The position numbers were made by a program, and so were the translations under genes. From NCBI GenBank assembly GCA_963693365.1, contig CAVNZM010000005.1, positions 8,908,334 through 8,972,333 of the forward strand: DNA of 64,000 nucleotides, read 5' to 3'. The notes beneath the pieces were generated by a model. That model was not told the DNA's origin, did not search any database, and saw only the letters and a list, made by a program, of their open reading frames with translations. Shown here piece after piece: positions 47,796 to 59,295 of this stretch. Position 1 is the stretch's first letter. Every line of letters begins with the position of its first letter. Source of the DNA: Amoebidium appalachense. Taxonomy: Eukaryota; Protista; Ichthyosporea.

Positions 47796-50738
47796 TGCTG
47801 CCTGAATTTTCCCGAGTTTATCTCACTATGATTTGTGAATGATCATCATCTGACACAGTACTGGGGCTGACAGCCTGACAAGAGATAAACATTAACAACT
47901 TATACGCCTCCAAGGTGTGCAGTGTGTTTATATACTTATTGTTTTTTTCTCCTTATCCTACGTTTTTGAGTGACAAGGTTTGTTTTAAGGGTACTACAAA
48001 GTCATGTTTCAGTTTGTAGCCTACGGTCCCAATCCCCGGAGGCTCGGAAAATCTAAATTCATCATTTAAATTTTTAGGGGGTTCATGAATATGTTGGTCT
48101 TTGGAGGTTTGTTGTAGACTGAGCTTCTGACTGAGCTACGCGGCGGAGTACGCGCACCGCGCTTATGGACATGCTGGACATATGTATGATATCGATAGCG
48201 CCGGGCCTATAGCTACGCGTAGTGAATGACATACATGAATCATCACGGAGAAGAATATCATTGGGGCCTAATAATTTCAAAAGGCCAAAAAAAATAAGAA
48301 TTATGTACACACGTGGCCCTTAAATTTCAAGGCATCAACCCAACTCAGTGCAGTAATCTCACAGCCTGTGCCCTATATATGGAACTTGTACTTTGCCCCA
48401 GAGTGTAAATTGTTTTGTTCAAGTTTGGGATGGGCTGCAGAGCCGCTGAGTGTTTCGGGTGACGTGCCGCGCGGCTGAGCTTCACATGATCGTGCGGCGC
48501 CACCGCCGGGCCGGGTACTCCGATGATCACTCCGGTTGGCACGTGCCACTACTATTTTTCTGTAGTAGTGCACTAGCTAGCGGCAGCAGGCCGCCTTCTG
48601 CGCATATGCAGGGCATTGTATACATGTACATGACTGACTGATCGAAGCTGGTGTTTCGAACTGCACATGTTTGCAGCCCTCACACACCATATGTATACTG
48701 TACTATATTGGATCAAGAGCTCTTCTGCACATGTCACTCCTTTCGATCATCCGTGATCATGGAAGTCACTGAGCACTGAGTCAGTGAGCAGCCTCTGACA
48801 TCTGAGCACGGCCATCTAGAAACACCATCTGAGATGAATTGATGACGATGTTAGACGCCAGTCACGCCACATTGACGTCACGTAGGGTGCCAGATCCGGC
48901 GGCGCTGTCTCATATACAGCGCCATGGGCCGATATCGGTGGGCCGCGGCGGCAAAACCATTGATATTCGATTGCGAGTCGGTTCGCAAAAACTAAATTTA
49001 CCGGCATTAACTACAGCTAAAATTAGTAGGAAGGCCAAAATTATATTTGCTTCCACGCTCACTGACATCGCTGGGAGGATTGAATATGCATAGATATGTG
49101 ATGCCATATGGTATGCAGCCATTATGCAGGTCAGGATGACCTGGTGACGTCACTGATGAATGATAAGCCAGGCTGCATGAGTCAAGGTAAGGGGGATCCT
49201 TTTTTTCTTTATTCGCTTACCATTCAATGATTCAATGTGAGTGTGACTTGTCTGGAACGAAGTTCCAGAAATGTACGGTCATATATACACACATATTTAG
49301 GTGATAGATAGAGAAATAAAACTTAGTTTCTTCAATTGCATTTATTATTTATGTAACGAGTTTTTCTTGTGAATACCTATTACTGTAACTTACTAACTGT
49401 ATTACTACCCAGTGAAAAAAAAGGTGTTTTGGATCACATTAGGAGTATTCAATGGGATCCTCAAAGGGGAGCTGGGATGTGTCAAGAGCCACTGTGATTG
49501 GCTCAAATGTATTGGTCCCACTATTTGAGCCAAACCCCCAGCCAAAGGGTGTCTTTGAAGAGCAACTTCAAATTGCACCCGTGTGATAGTTATATCATTT
49601 GTGTTATACGGTAATGTGAACAGTAATGCATATATACAATCTTTTGATAATACTTAAAATAGTTATGTTGTTTTTTTGGTTTGGGAAAATATATCTGTGA
49701 GTACAAGCTCTTGCATGTGGCTAGAGTAGAGCGGCAGCCGCAAGGCTCAGTTTGTTTAATTAAACCCCCCCCCAGGTGATGCTCCCATTCCGTCATTATA
49801 ATGCCTCCCCTGGTTCTATTGTACAATAGTCTATCTATACGTAAACTATGTTAGTTAATATCCGAATCTAATGCTGTTTTTCATGTGCCTTTAATCTATA
49901 CTCTCTTTTCAAGTACTTAATCTGTATCACGAGTAGTCAAATTTTTTTTATAGTTAGGCCTCACGTACACGAGCTGAGAAACCAATCACGTCCAAGGGCT
50001 AAGGCTAGGGGGCCTGGGAGACGTGCCTATAACAATGGCTCTACACATGTTTGAATTCTTGTTTGCATTTTGTATCACAGTGGGGTGGAGTGCATACAAA
50101 CTGTGTAGCGTAAAAGGGGAGTTGGTGGTGGCAGCAGCAGTCATATATATTAGGGCGACGTCAATGAAGAAGTTATTATAAGTTTCATTGTCACAGTATT
50201 CAGTTTGCGTTAGATTCAAGTGTTGTTCCATGGATGCTTTGGTGCATCTGCAGGCATCTGCAGTTGAGACTGAGTGTGAGTTTGGTAAACATTATTCGTG
50301 CGATTGAAAGATTGTTCACTGGATATATACTCGCACCACGTGGTTGCTCGGTTGCTCGGCGTGATCAGTCCGTTTGGGTGACACACACAGCTCAAGCTTT
50401 TAGGGCACGTATTTGGTACGGTTACGATCGACACCCATCTAATCACATTAGCTTACCAAGATTTCTGGTTCAACCTACTGCCAGCCTCTCCGCGAAGTGC
50501 GAGCACCCAGCTTGGCGAGTACACGATAGATGGATTTTACGTTTCATGATCCATAGGTCGTTAAAAAGACCCCTTCTGTAGGCATTTCCAAGCAGAGGTT
50601 GTATATGCCTAAGCGGGCATGGTCATTCACCTTAGTGACAGAGTTCTAGATCTTTGCCATATTTTTTTGTACCCGACACCGGTGATGTCTAATCCAACCA
50701 CATCAGCGTAGCGCAGTTCTCGCATCACACAACCAAAC

Positions 50739-51214
50739 ATGGCCTACAACGGGAGTGTGTGCATAGGGTATACGGCCAACCCGCCCTCCTGTGACGAGTC
50801 CTGGGCCGATGTTCTTGGGATGCAGTACTGGATAGCAACATTGCTCAGAATACCACTCTGTTTACCTGTTTTTGTGGCCCACATGATAAACACGTCGCGT
50901 ATGGTAAAGTATGAGGGGTTCTACAGTCTTGGCGTAAGGAAAAATCTTCAATTTTACGTTTTTTCTCGCTGCTGCATCATGCCTGTTGATGCTTGCCGAC
51001 CAGTTCAACTACAGGAATACAGATGCAAAGTACGACTCCATTGGTGGTGGTATGTAAAACACATCCTCCCTCCCCCCACCCTCCCCCCGGCCACACACAC
51101 ACACACACACGCGCGCGCACACGCCTAACCAGACTATACACACACATACACACCCATACACAGACGCACACCCATACACGCACACATCCACGCACAGACA
51201 CACCACATCCACAT

Positions 51215-51292
<78 letters not shown>

Positions 51293-51927
51293 CCACACCC
51301 AAGGTTTGCTTGCAGAGCCGGAACATCAGCTAAACCCATTAGTAGAGCTCTAAACGAAATAGCCGCGAAAGATAAAGTAGTGGAGAGAAAAACTGTAGGG
51401 CCTTCATTCGTCCGCGGGGGTAAGGTTTTTGTTCCACAACATGCTTTCTCTTTTTCACTTTTTGACTTTTTTTCCTTGTTTACTCCACTTGCAAAAGTTC
51501 TTTTCCGGCAAATTTTGGTGAGCCACACTCCTCCACTCCGGGCCACAGGCCATGCAAAAAGTCGCTTTTTCTGTTTGTACTCCACAATCCGTGCCAATTC
51601 TTTGTACCTGCTTTCAGTCTACTTTGTGCACTGCCATACTATGCTGACTTGAAACCGTTCCTCTTTACTCCAGAACCCAGAACAAACTTCCCCAAGCATC
51701 TCTCCTATCATTCCCATACTACCATCTTTACCCTGACGTTGCCTGCCCTCTCTCAGTCCTTCCCCTCCCGTCCCCAACCTCGAAAGTCACTTCCAGTTTT
51801 TTTTTACTCCAATACCCCCCCCCCCCCCCCCCCCCCCCTTCCTCTTCTTCCCCGCTCTCCCCCTCCCCCCTGCCCCCACCCCCCACCCCCCCCACACACA
51901 TCCACCACCACCAGCAGCACAGCCATC

Positions 51928-51985
<58 letters not shown>

Positions 51986-53712
51986 TCCAACCCACCCCTC
52001 ACCAACCCCTGCCACCGCATGTCCCACTCCGTTAACTCACCCTATCTCCTCCACACTCAGTGATTAAGGCCACCACATCTTCCATTGGCGGCTGCATGAT
52101 GGTCCATGAGGGCATGAGCATTCTCAGCGAAATTAGCACCCTAGATCAGTGGTATCATCGCTACCAACAGACCGTCAAACTGATATGCCTCGGACACATT
52201 CCACTTACGCTCCTATGGACCGTGTGCATGATCGTCGCCCCGGTAGCAGACAACATGTGGTTTGTGTCGAGGGCTTTTTTCATTTTGAATTACGGCGGAA
52301 TTGCTTACATCACGTTTGCCATTGGGAGCGGGTGTTGGTTTATTGCCATACGTGCCTGCCATATGAGTGCCCTCAGTGGTGCACCGGTGAGTGATATCCT
52401 GTACTGCATCTCCCTGAAAGACTTACTGTTACAGCTCCCGCCAGTGGATTAGTAAGAGATGTGCAAGATTGTGGGGATGGCTTAACCCTGCATAGATATG
52501 GATCGGAACTCACACACACTAAACCGACCATGTCCTTAGGCCCAGCATCTCCTTGCCTCCTCCCAAGAGTACACAGTCACCCAACTGCCTCCCACCGATT
52601 CCATCACTATTATCTTAACTCACCCTCATACCACCCACAGATCCCGTCCCAATCATCTTCAGATGTCGAAAATGACCAACTTCCTCCCGGTACACTTTGG
52701 CAATGGTGGGTATATTTTCTCCGTGCAGAGCCCAAAACCGCCCATGTTGAAATAGGGCACGATGTTGTAGACCGCACGGGGTCCAACATGGAAAATTGGC
52801 GATTTCGGAGCCGCGAGATTCCTTGGGTGCGCAGTTTGGTGCGGCTTTCTACCGCATGTGCGGTCAGTCTTTACATCTACACGTGCATCAACATCTACCA
52901 AGTGATTCTCAAGTCAAAGAATGAGTACCTAATGGTATGTTACTGTAGCTGCCGCCCCCCTCCCCCTCCCCCCCCCCCCCCCCACACACACACACATACA
53001 CACACACACACGCACACACACACACACACACGCCTTCCTGCACTCAACCATGCACCCACTTATAAAAAGAAGCATAGACACACAAATACTCCCCCGGGAC
53101 TCCTTTGTTACCAGCTGTAGTGTAGAGAGAAAGGACTATTTTAGACGGAACCCCTCCAATAATTTTCAACTACTGCTTTGAGGATAACTTCCCCCCCCCC
53201 CCCTCCCCCCCCCCCCCCCCCCAAAAAAAAAAAAAGACCCTCTCCCCCCTCAAGAACACACACACACACAAAACGGACACCGGAACGGCTCACTCAAGGT
53301 GGTCAGTCATTCATTGGTGCGCTCCTAAAAACAACTCCTTGACTTCTTTTTTCAGTTGATGTATAGATATAAAAAAAGTGCTCTTTTGCAACTCCATCAC
53401 TAAAAACCTCTGTGTGATCATACAGGATACCCCCACCAGCAAGCGTCTTTGGATAGATTTTCTCGTCCGCATTCCCGATCCATTGGTAGCGGCAGTAGCC
53501 CTCCTCTACGGATACCCAAAAATTTCGGGGGGTTCCATTGTGGGGTCAGATTTTGTCATTTTGAGCCCCCTGGGGGAGGGCTACTATGGGGTCGTTATGA
53601 AGGGTGTCCTCAGAAGAAACCAGGAGGGGATTCTGGTGGCCATTAAAAGGGTAAGTCGCCCATTTCGTTCCCCGCTTATGCCCATGTGCCAATTTTCATG
53701 GCAAGGATATCC

Positions 53713-53778
<66 letters not shown>

Positions 53779-53927
53779 TTTTTTTTTTTGTGACCGTTTT
53801 TGGACGTCTTATTCCCATACAGTCGTCTTTACATGAAGCATCACTTACAGGTGTTTTGAGAGAACAGTGTTAACTTTAAACTTCCACGAACATGTTAATA
53901 CATCCAGAGTTCGAAAAATCAAGCTGA

Positions 53928-53984
<57 letters not shown>

Positions 53985-54780
53985 AAAAAAAATGATGCAA
54001 CTCCTTGGATCGTCGTCGACCAAAACAATATCGATGGTTGAAACACGAGAAACTTCACAGCGACACAGCCTGAGCTGGTTAGGCCTTAAAAGTTACCCTT
54101 GCCACCCCTAGCCTTCCTCCAGCCAATAGAAACATGGACAACAAGACCACCCACGTGCAGATCAACCAATAGAAACACTCACATTGTGACCACCCACGTG
54201 CAGATCAACCAATAGAAACACTCACATGGTGACGTGCAGATCAACCAATAGAAACACTCACATGGTGACCAACCAAGTGCAGATCAACTAATAGAAACAC
54301 TCACATGGTGACCATCCACGTGCAGATCAAGCAGAACATTCTGGCACCCACTGGCGAAAGCGAGCTTCTGCACGAGGCGAGAATGATGATGAGCGTCAAG
54401 CACTGGAATGTGCTGAGGTGGGTGCATGTTGTGTAAATAATCAGGAAATATATAATAATCCAATATAAATAAATGTGAAGAAGAGATGGTCCAATAAAAA
54501 CCAATCTATTTTGTAGGTCCCTGCCTGTAAGATATCAGTACAATTGGTCATTTTTTGCTTCTTAGGATGTAATTTGCTGCCTCCTTTTTATATTTCATAT
54601 GCACAAGGGCTGAATCTATGGCTCTCCCCCCTTCCTCTGTCACTGACGTATGTTCGTACACAATCTACACCCACACGCATGCAGACACATACATACATAC
54701 ATACATACTCACAAGTATTACACACGTGCGTACCTACACAAAAACACGAACACGCACGAATGCACACACACACACACACC

Positions 54781-54871
<91 letters not shown>

Positions 54872-54968
54872 CCACAACCACAACCACAACCACAACCACA
54901 ACCACCCCTCCCCCCTTCTCCCCTCCCTCCCCAGGTGCGCCCCTCTCCCTCCCCCTCCCCCTTCCTCC

Positions 54969-55010
<42 letters not shown>

Positions 55011-55720
55011 TTCCCACTGCCCTTGCCTGCATAAGCAACCCTGCTCGTCTCTGATCAAGACGGGTGACCTACTCATGTTCAAGTGAAACAGTATCTGAGT
55101 TGGGTTTCGTTAACGAGGGGAATAGGTCGAAACTCGGGTACTGTGGATGACGTGGCCCCCCCCTGAGGATGGGCTCTGCTTATTATGCATACTCTTTATG
55201 TATGGCTTGCATTCTGCATCGTGTTATCCGTTTGTTCTTGTGTACTTCGTACTTTTTGACGCATTCAAACCCACCCCCCCCCCCCCCCCCCCCTCCCCCC
55301 CAACCCACACACACACACACACACACACAGATCCGAGGGGTTGAGTTACGCACAAGGGTCGCTGCACATGCTGGTAGAGTTTATGGAGCTGGGGGACCTG
55401 CAGCACTTTGTGGCTGCGGCAGCGCGCAGGGGGCAGGTGCTTGGGCTGGCGCAGCGGCTGTGGTATGGGCTGCAGATTGCCCAGGGCATGCAGGCCGTGG
55501 CCCGCCAGGGCATTGTGCACCGCGACCTGGCCGCAAGGAACTGCATGATCACCAGCGCATCACTGGGACCTTTATCTATGGTTAGTATGGTGCATGTATG
55601 TGTGCATGTGGGTGTGTATGGACATGTGTGCATGTTAACACGCAGAAGGAGAGAGAGATGCAGACGTTTGTGCAAGCAAGTGTGTGCTCAGACACACAGA
55701 GGGAGATAGATAGATAAGAG

Positions 55721-55813
<93 letters not shown>

Positions 55814-56367
55814 TGTATGTGTGTGTGTGTGCGTGTGCGTGTGTGTGTGTGTGTTTGTGTTCGTGTGTGATATCATTATCTTGGGTGCTTCATTAACATT
55901 GGCTGCTCAGATACCATAGCTCATAGCTCGTGTATCATTTTTTGCCCACGATCCAGACACCACTCCACGCATCATATTTTCACCATATGTTCACCACATT
56001 TCCACTAAAACTCACATCTACATCCCTCCCACACCCATCGACAGCAAGAGGTCCGCAAGTTATTGCTCGAACACCGCGGTTCAAACGGTTCACGTCGCGA
56101 CTTCAGTTCAGGCGAGAGCGGGGTGGAAACACCAGACAACGGCACTCTGGAGCCGCCCGTTCGTCAAAACGTTGGGGTTACAGTTACGACCAGTCTTCCG
56201 GCCGATCTGTCTCACAACAGGGAAATGGAAAAACCTGCGGTCAAGATGTCAAAGACGGCACCGCTGCCGTCGACTGATTTTGAAGACTATTCGTGTTTGC
56301 ATGTTGTCAAGGTATTGAAAAACCCCACCTCCCCCTCCCTTCCCTTTCCCCCCATGTCCCAGCCCCT

Positions 56368-56404
<37 letters not shown>

Positions 56405-57270
56405 TCTCTCTCCCCTCCTCGAAGAAAAGAAACAACACACACACACACGTACATGCACACACACACACACCAAAAGCTAGGCAGTGCACCAGGTGTAATG
56501 CCGCCAATACACGTAATATGCTCTTGTTAGTTGTCAATATATGAACAAGAGAATCGTTATGATGTGTGATAGATCAATGTTTCGAGAATCTATAAACCAC
56601 ACCGACGAAAAAAGCGTTTTCCGCCCAGATGAGCTGTTAAGGCCTTCAAATACACTATCCCACATCATATTCGGCCTGTAGGCATTCCCCTCAGATGATG
56701 GCCCTTATCATAGGTCACTCACCGGTGTTTTGTTTTGTGCAGGTGAGTGACTTTGGGATGGCGCGGCGGGTGGAGGGGGGGCTCGGGGGGGTGTACCGGG
56801 AGAGCAGTGCGCCGCGCATTCCCATCCGCTGGACGGCGCCCGAGTGTGTGGACGGGCACGTGTACAGCGAGCGCAGTGACGTGTGGGCCTGGGCCGTCAC
56901 GGCCTGGGAGCTGTTTGCCGACGGATCACCCCCCTTCCAGGACATCCCCACCCGCAACGTCCACGCCGCTGTCAAAGCAGGTAGTGTGTTTGTGCATGTT
57001 GCGTGTGTGTCGTGCATTGGTGTGGCATGTTTATGTCTTGCGTTATGGAGCTAGTGAAATGGTGGTGCTACTTGTTACGTCTTGGCTACAGGTAAATGTC
57101 ACTACGAGATTCGAAAGGAAATTTCTGTACTTTAACGACTTTATGGCAGGATGAAACTACGCATTTCTATTTGTGATATACTAAGCAGACTCTCGATGTG
57201 TTTGCCTGAGGTAGACATCATCCTCTGGTGTCCCAAAAACAATGGCCGTGCACACACTCACAACCGGTCC

Positions 57271-57334
<64 letters not shown>

Positions 57335-57347
57335 ACCACCACCACCA

Positions 57348-57399
<52 letters not shown>

Positions 57400-58849
57400 C
57401 CCCCTCCCCTCCCCCCCCCCTCCCCCCCCACACACAGGTGTACGCCCAACACAGCCCGCCTGCTGCCCAGATGCCGTCTACTCTCTGCTCATGCGCTGTT
57501 GGGAGCTTGACCCCCAAGCAAGACCCACGTTTGATGTAATTGTGGAGGATATGGTCGGCCTCTTCCATGACCTGTGTGGGTAGGTCACCCACCTAACTTG
57601 TTTGACTGTGTGTGTGTGTGTGGGTAGGTCACCCACCTAACTTGTTTGACTGTGTGTGTGTGTGTGGGTAGGTCATCCACCCCAACTTGTTTGACTGTGT
57701 GTGTGTGTGTGTGGGTAGGTCACCCACCCTAACTTGTTTGACTGTGTGTGTGTGTGTGGGTAGGTCATCCACCCCAACTTGTTTGACTGTGTGTGTGTGT
57801 GTGTGGGTAGGTCACCCACCCTAACTTGTTTGACTGTGTGTGTGTGTGTGGGTAGGTCACCCACCCTAACTTGTTTGGCTGTGTGTGTGTGTATGTGTGT
57901 GGGTAGGTCACCCACCTAACTTGTTTTACTGTGTGGGTGTGTGGGTGGGTTGGTAGGTCACCCATCCCAACTTGTTTGACTGTGTGTGTGTGTGTGGGTA
58001 GGTCACCCACCTAACTTGTTTGACTGTGTGTGTGTGTGTGTGGGTAGGTCACCCACCCTAACTTGTTTGACTGTGTGTGTGTGTGTGGGTGATGGGCGGA
58101 TGTGTGGTTGTGGTGATGGTGGTGTGGGTGAGTGGGTGGGTGGGTGGGTAGTGAGTGGGTACGTGGTGTGTGTGTGGGTGTGGATGCACGTGTGTCTGTG
58201 TGTCTGTCTGTGTGTTGGGGAGGGGGGAAGGGGGGGGGGGGGGGGGGGGGGGGGAGAGGGGGAGCTCCCTTGAGTGTGTTCTCAAAGTCTTCCCGGACCA
58301 CATTCACCATCCACATATGTCTGTGGCAAAGTCTTCCCGGACCACATTCACCATCCACATATGTCTGTGGCAAAGGTTTAAGCTGTTGTTTACGAAGAAG
58401 GGAAAAGGAACATCGATGTGTGTTGATGTTCATGGATAATCAAGCATAAATGGCGCCCACACTTAAACAACTGGCATAGCCCTGCTTTCTGATCACGACG
58501 GGTTACCCCCTCCCCCCAAAAATGTTAGAGCGAAGCAGTACCTGCGTTGGGTTTAGTGAACGAGGGTGGGTAAGTTGAATCTCGGGCACTGTTGATGACT
58601 TGGACACCCGCACCTCCCCCTAAGGATGGGCTCTGCTTTTTATGCCTAACTTGAAATGCATGGTTTGCACTCTGCATTGTATTGCCCGTGATGAATGTGT
58701 ACATCGTATACTATGTAACACACTCTTAACACCCACTCCCCCTTCCCTCCTCCCTCCTGCTCCCTTTCTCTTTCCCCCCCTCCCATCCCCCCCCTCCCCT
58801 TACATTCCCCTCCGCCTCCGCCTCCACCTTCCCTCCTCCTTCCTCTTTC

Positions 58850-58888
<39 letters not shown>

Positions 58889-59295
58889 TTTTTTTTTCCC
58901 CTTCACAAATATCTGCTTTTAACATGCGCATTTACACACTCCACAGACACTCCCCCGTAGATATTGGCAAACAGGCGATGCCATCACACCAAGGTAAACC
59001 ACCTGCACCATCTACCGGCCGGCCGGCCACCTCAAACGTCGGCTGCAACTACATTACAGATGCCGATGCGTTCAACCCAATCACAACGGCCCATCCCCAA
59101 CCAAATAAGGGCACTTCTAGGTCCGACGCATGCGTGGTGGAGTCGGTCATATGCGTTATCCCGCCCGAGGCGGAAAGCGATGGAAAGAGCAAGAATGTCC
59201 TGGATGAAAAGAGTAAGGCAGCAATGGGCCAGCCCGTGGACTCGGACGACCTGGCAGCTGAATATATCGATCTCAATCAGACCGATTTGCATTGA
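50739..59295 (+). CDS. Seven-transmembrane domain-tyrosine kinase fusion protein, paralog 2 (~830 aa, 10 exons; apparent +1 frameshift in exon 1)
   Basis: Exons 50739-51049, 52061-52386, 52641-52934, 53426-53650, 54326-54417, 55331-55580, 56045-56311, 56743-56980, 57438-57579 and 58947-59295. Four exon lengths (326, 225, 92, 238 nt) and the intron phases match paralog 1. Motifs: [36 protein letters not shown]. Removing one A from the A5 run at 50940-50944 restores RKIFNFTFF...DQFNYRN, collinear with paralog 1. Confidence 0.85.
54146..54330 (+). repeat. 43-bp minisatellite (x ~4) duplicating the 3' splice site of kinase paralog 2 exon 5
   Basis: Unit ATCAACCAATAGAAACACTCACATGGTGACCACCCACGTGCAG. 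GTGCAG|ATCAA occurs at 54160, 54203, 54239, 54282 and the productive site 54325. Confidence 0.9.
55012..55272 (+). repeat. Intronic dispersed repeat R2
   Basis: Nearly identical to the reverse complement of 37314-37574. Confidence 0.85.
57573..58090 (+). repeat. Minisatellite of 11 units (TG)nGGTAGGTCACCCACC(C)TAACTTGTTTGAC duplicating the 5' splice site of kinase paralog 2 exon 9
   Basis: Eleven GGTAGGTCA cores counted; the first is the predicted donor (GG|GTAGGT at 57579/57580). Confidence 0.9.
58284..58374 (+). repeat. 44-bp tandem duplication
   Basis: AAAGTCTTCCCGGACCACATTCACCATCCACATATGTCTGTGGC occurs twice. Confidence 0.85.

Noticed and set aside
45089-50738. Compact bidirectional promoter for the kinase pair
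   Set aside because: The 5.6-kb spacer is filled with repeat remnants, and no convincing shared regulatory motif could be identified by eye.
53426-53520. Rhodopsin-kinase (enzyme-rhodopsin) interpretation: TM7 has DFLVR / EFCLR, reminiscent of the DxxxK retinal motif
   Set aside because: The position holds Arg, not Lys, in both paralogs, and no RYxDW-like helix C motif is seen, so there is no support for retinal binding.
55140-55170. C/D-box snoRNA within repeat R2 (GGATGA...CTGA)
   Set aside because: The boxes are under 20 nt apart and the D box is lost in the third copy.
57573-58090. CRISPR-like array (constant ~30-bp repeat with a hairpin, separated by spacers)
   Set aside because: The spacers are just (TG)n of variable length, there are no cas genes, and the context is a eukaryotic intron; it is a minisatellite.
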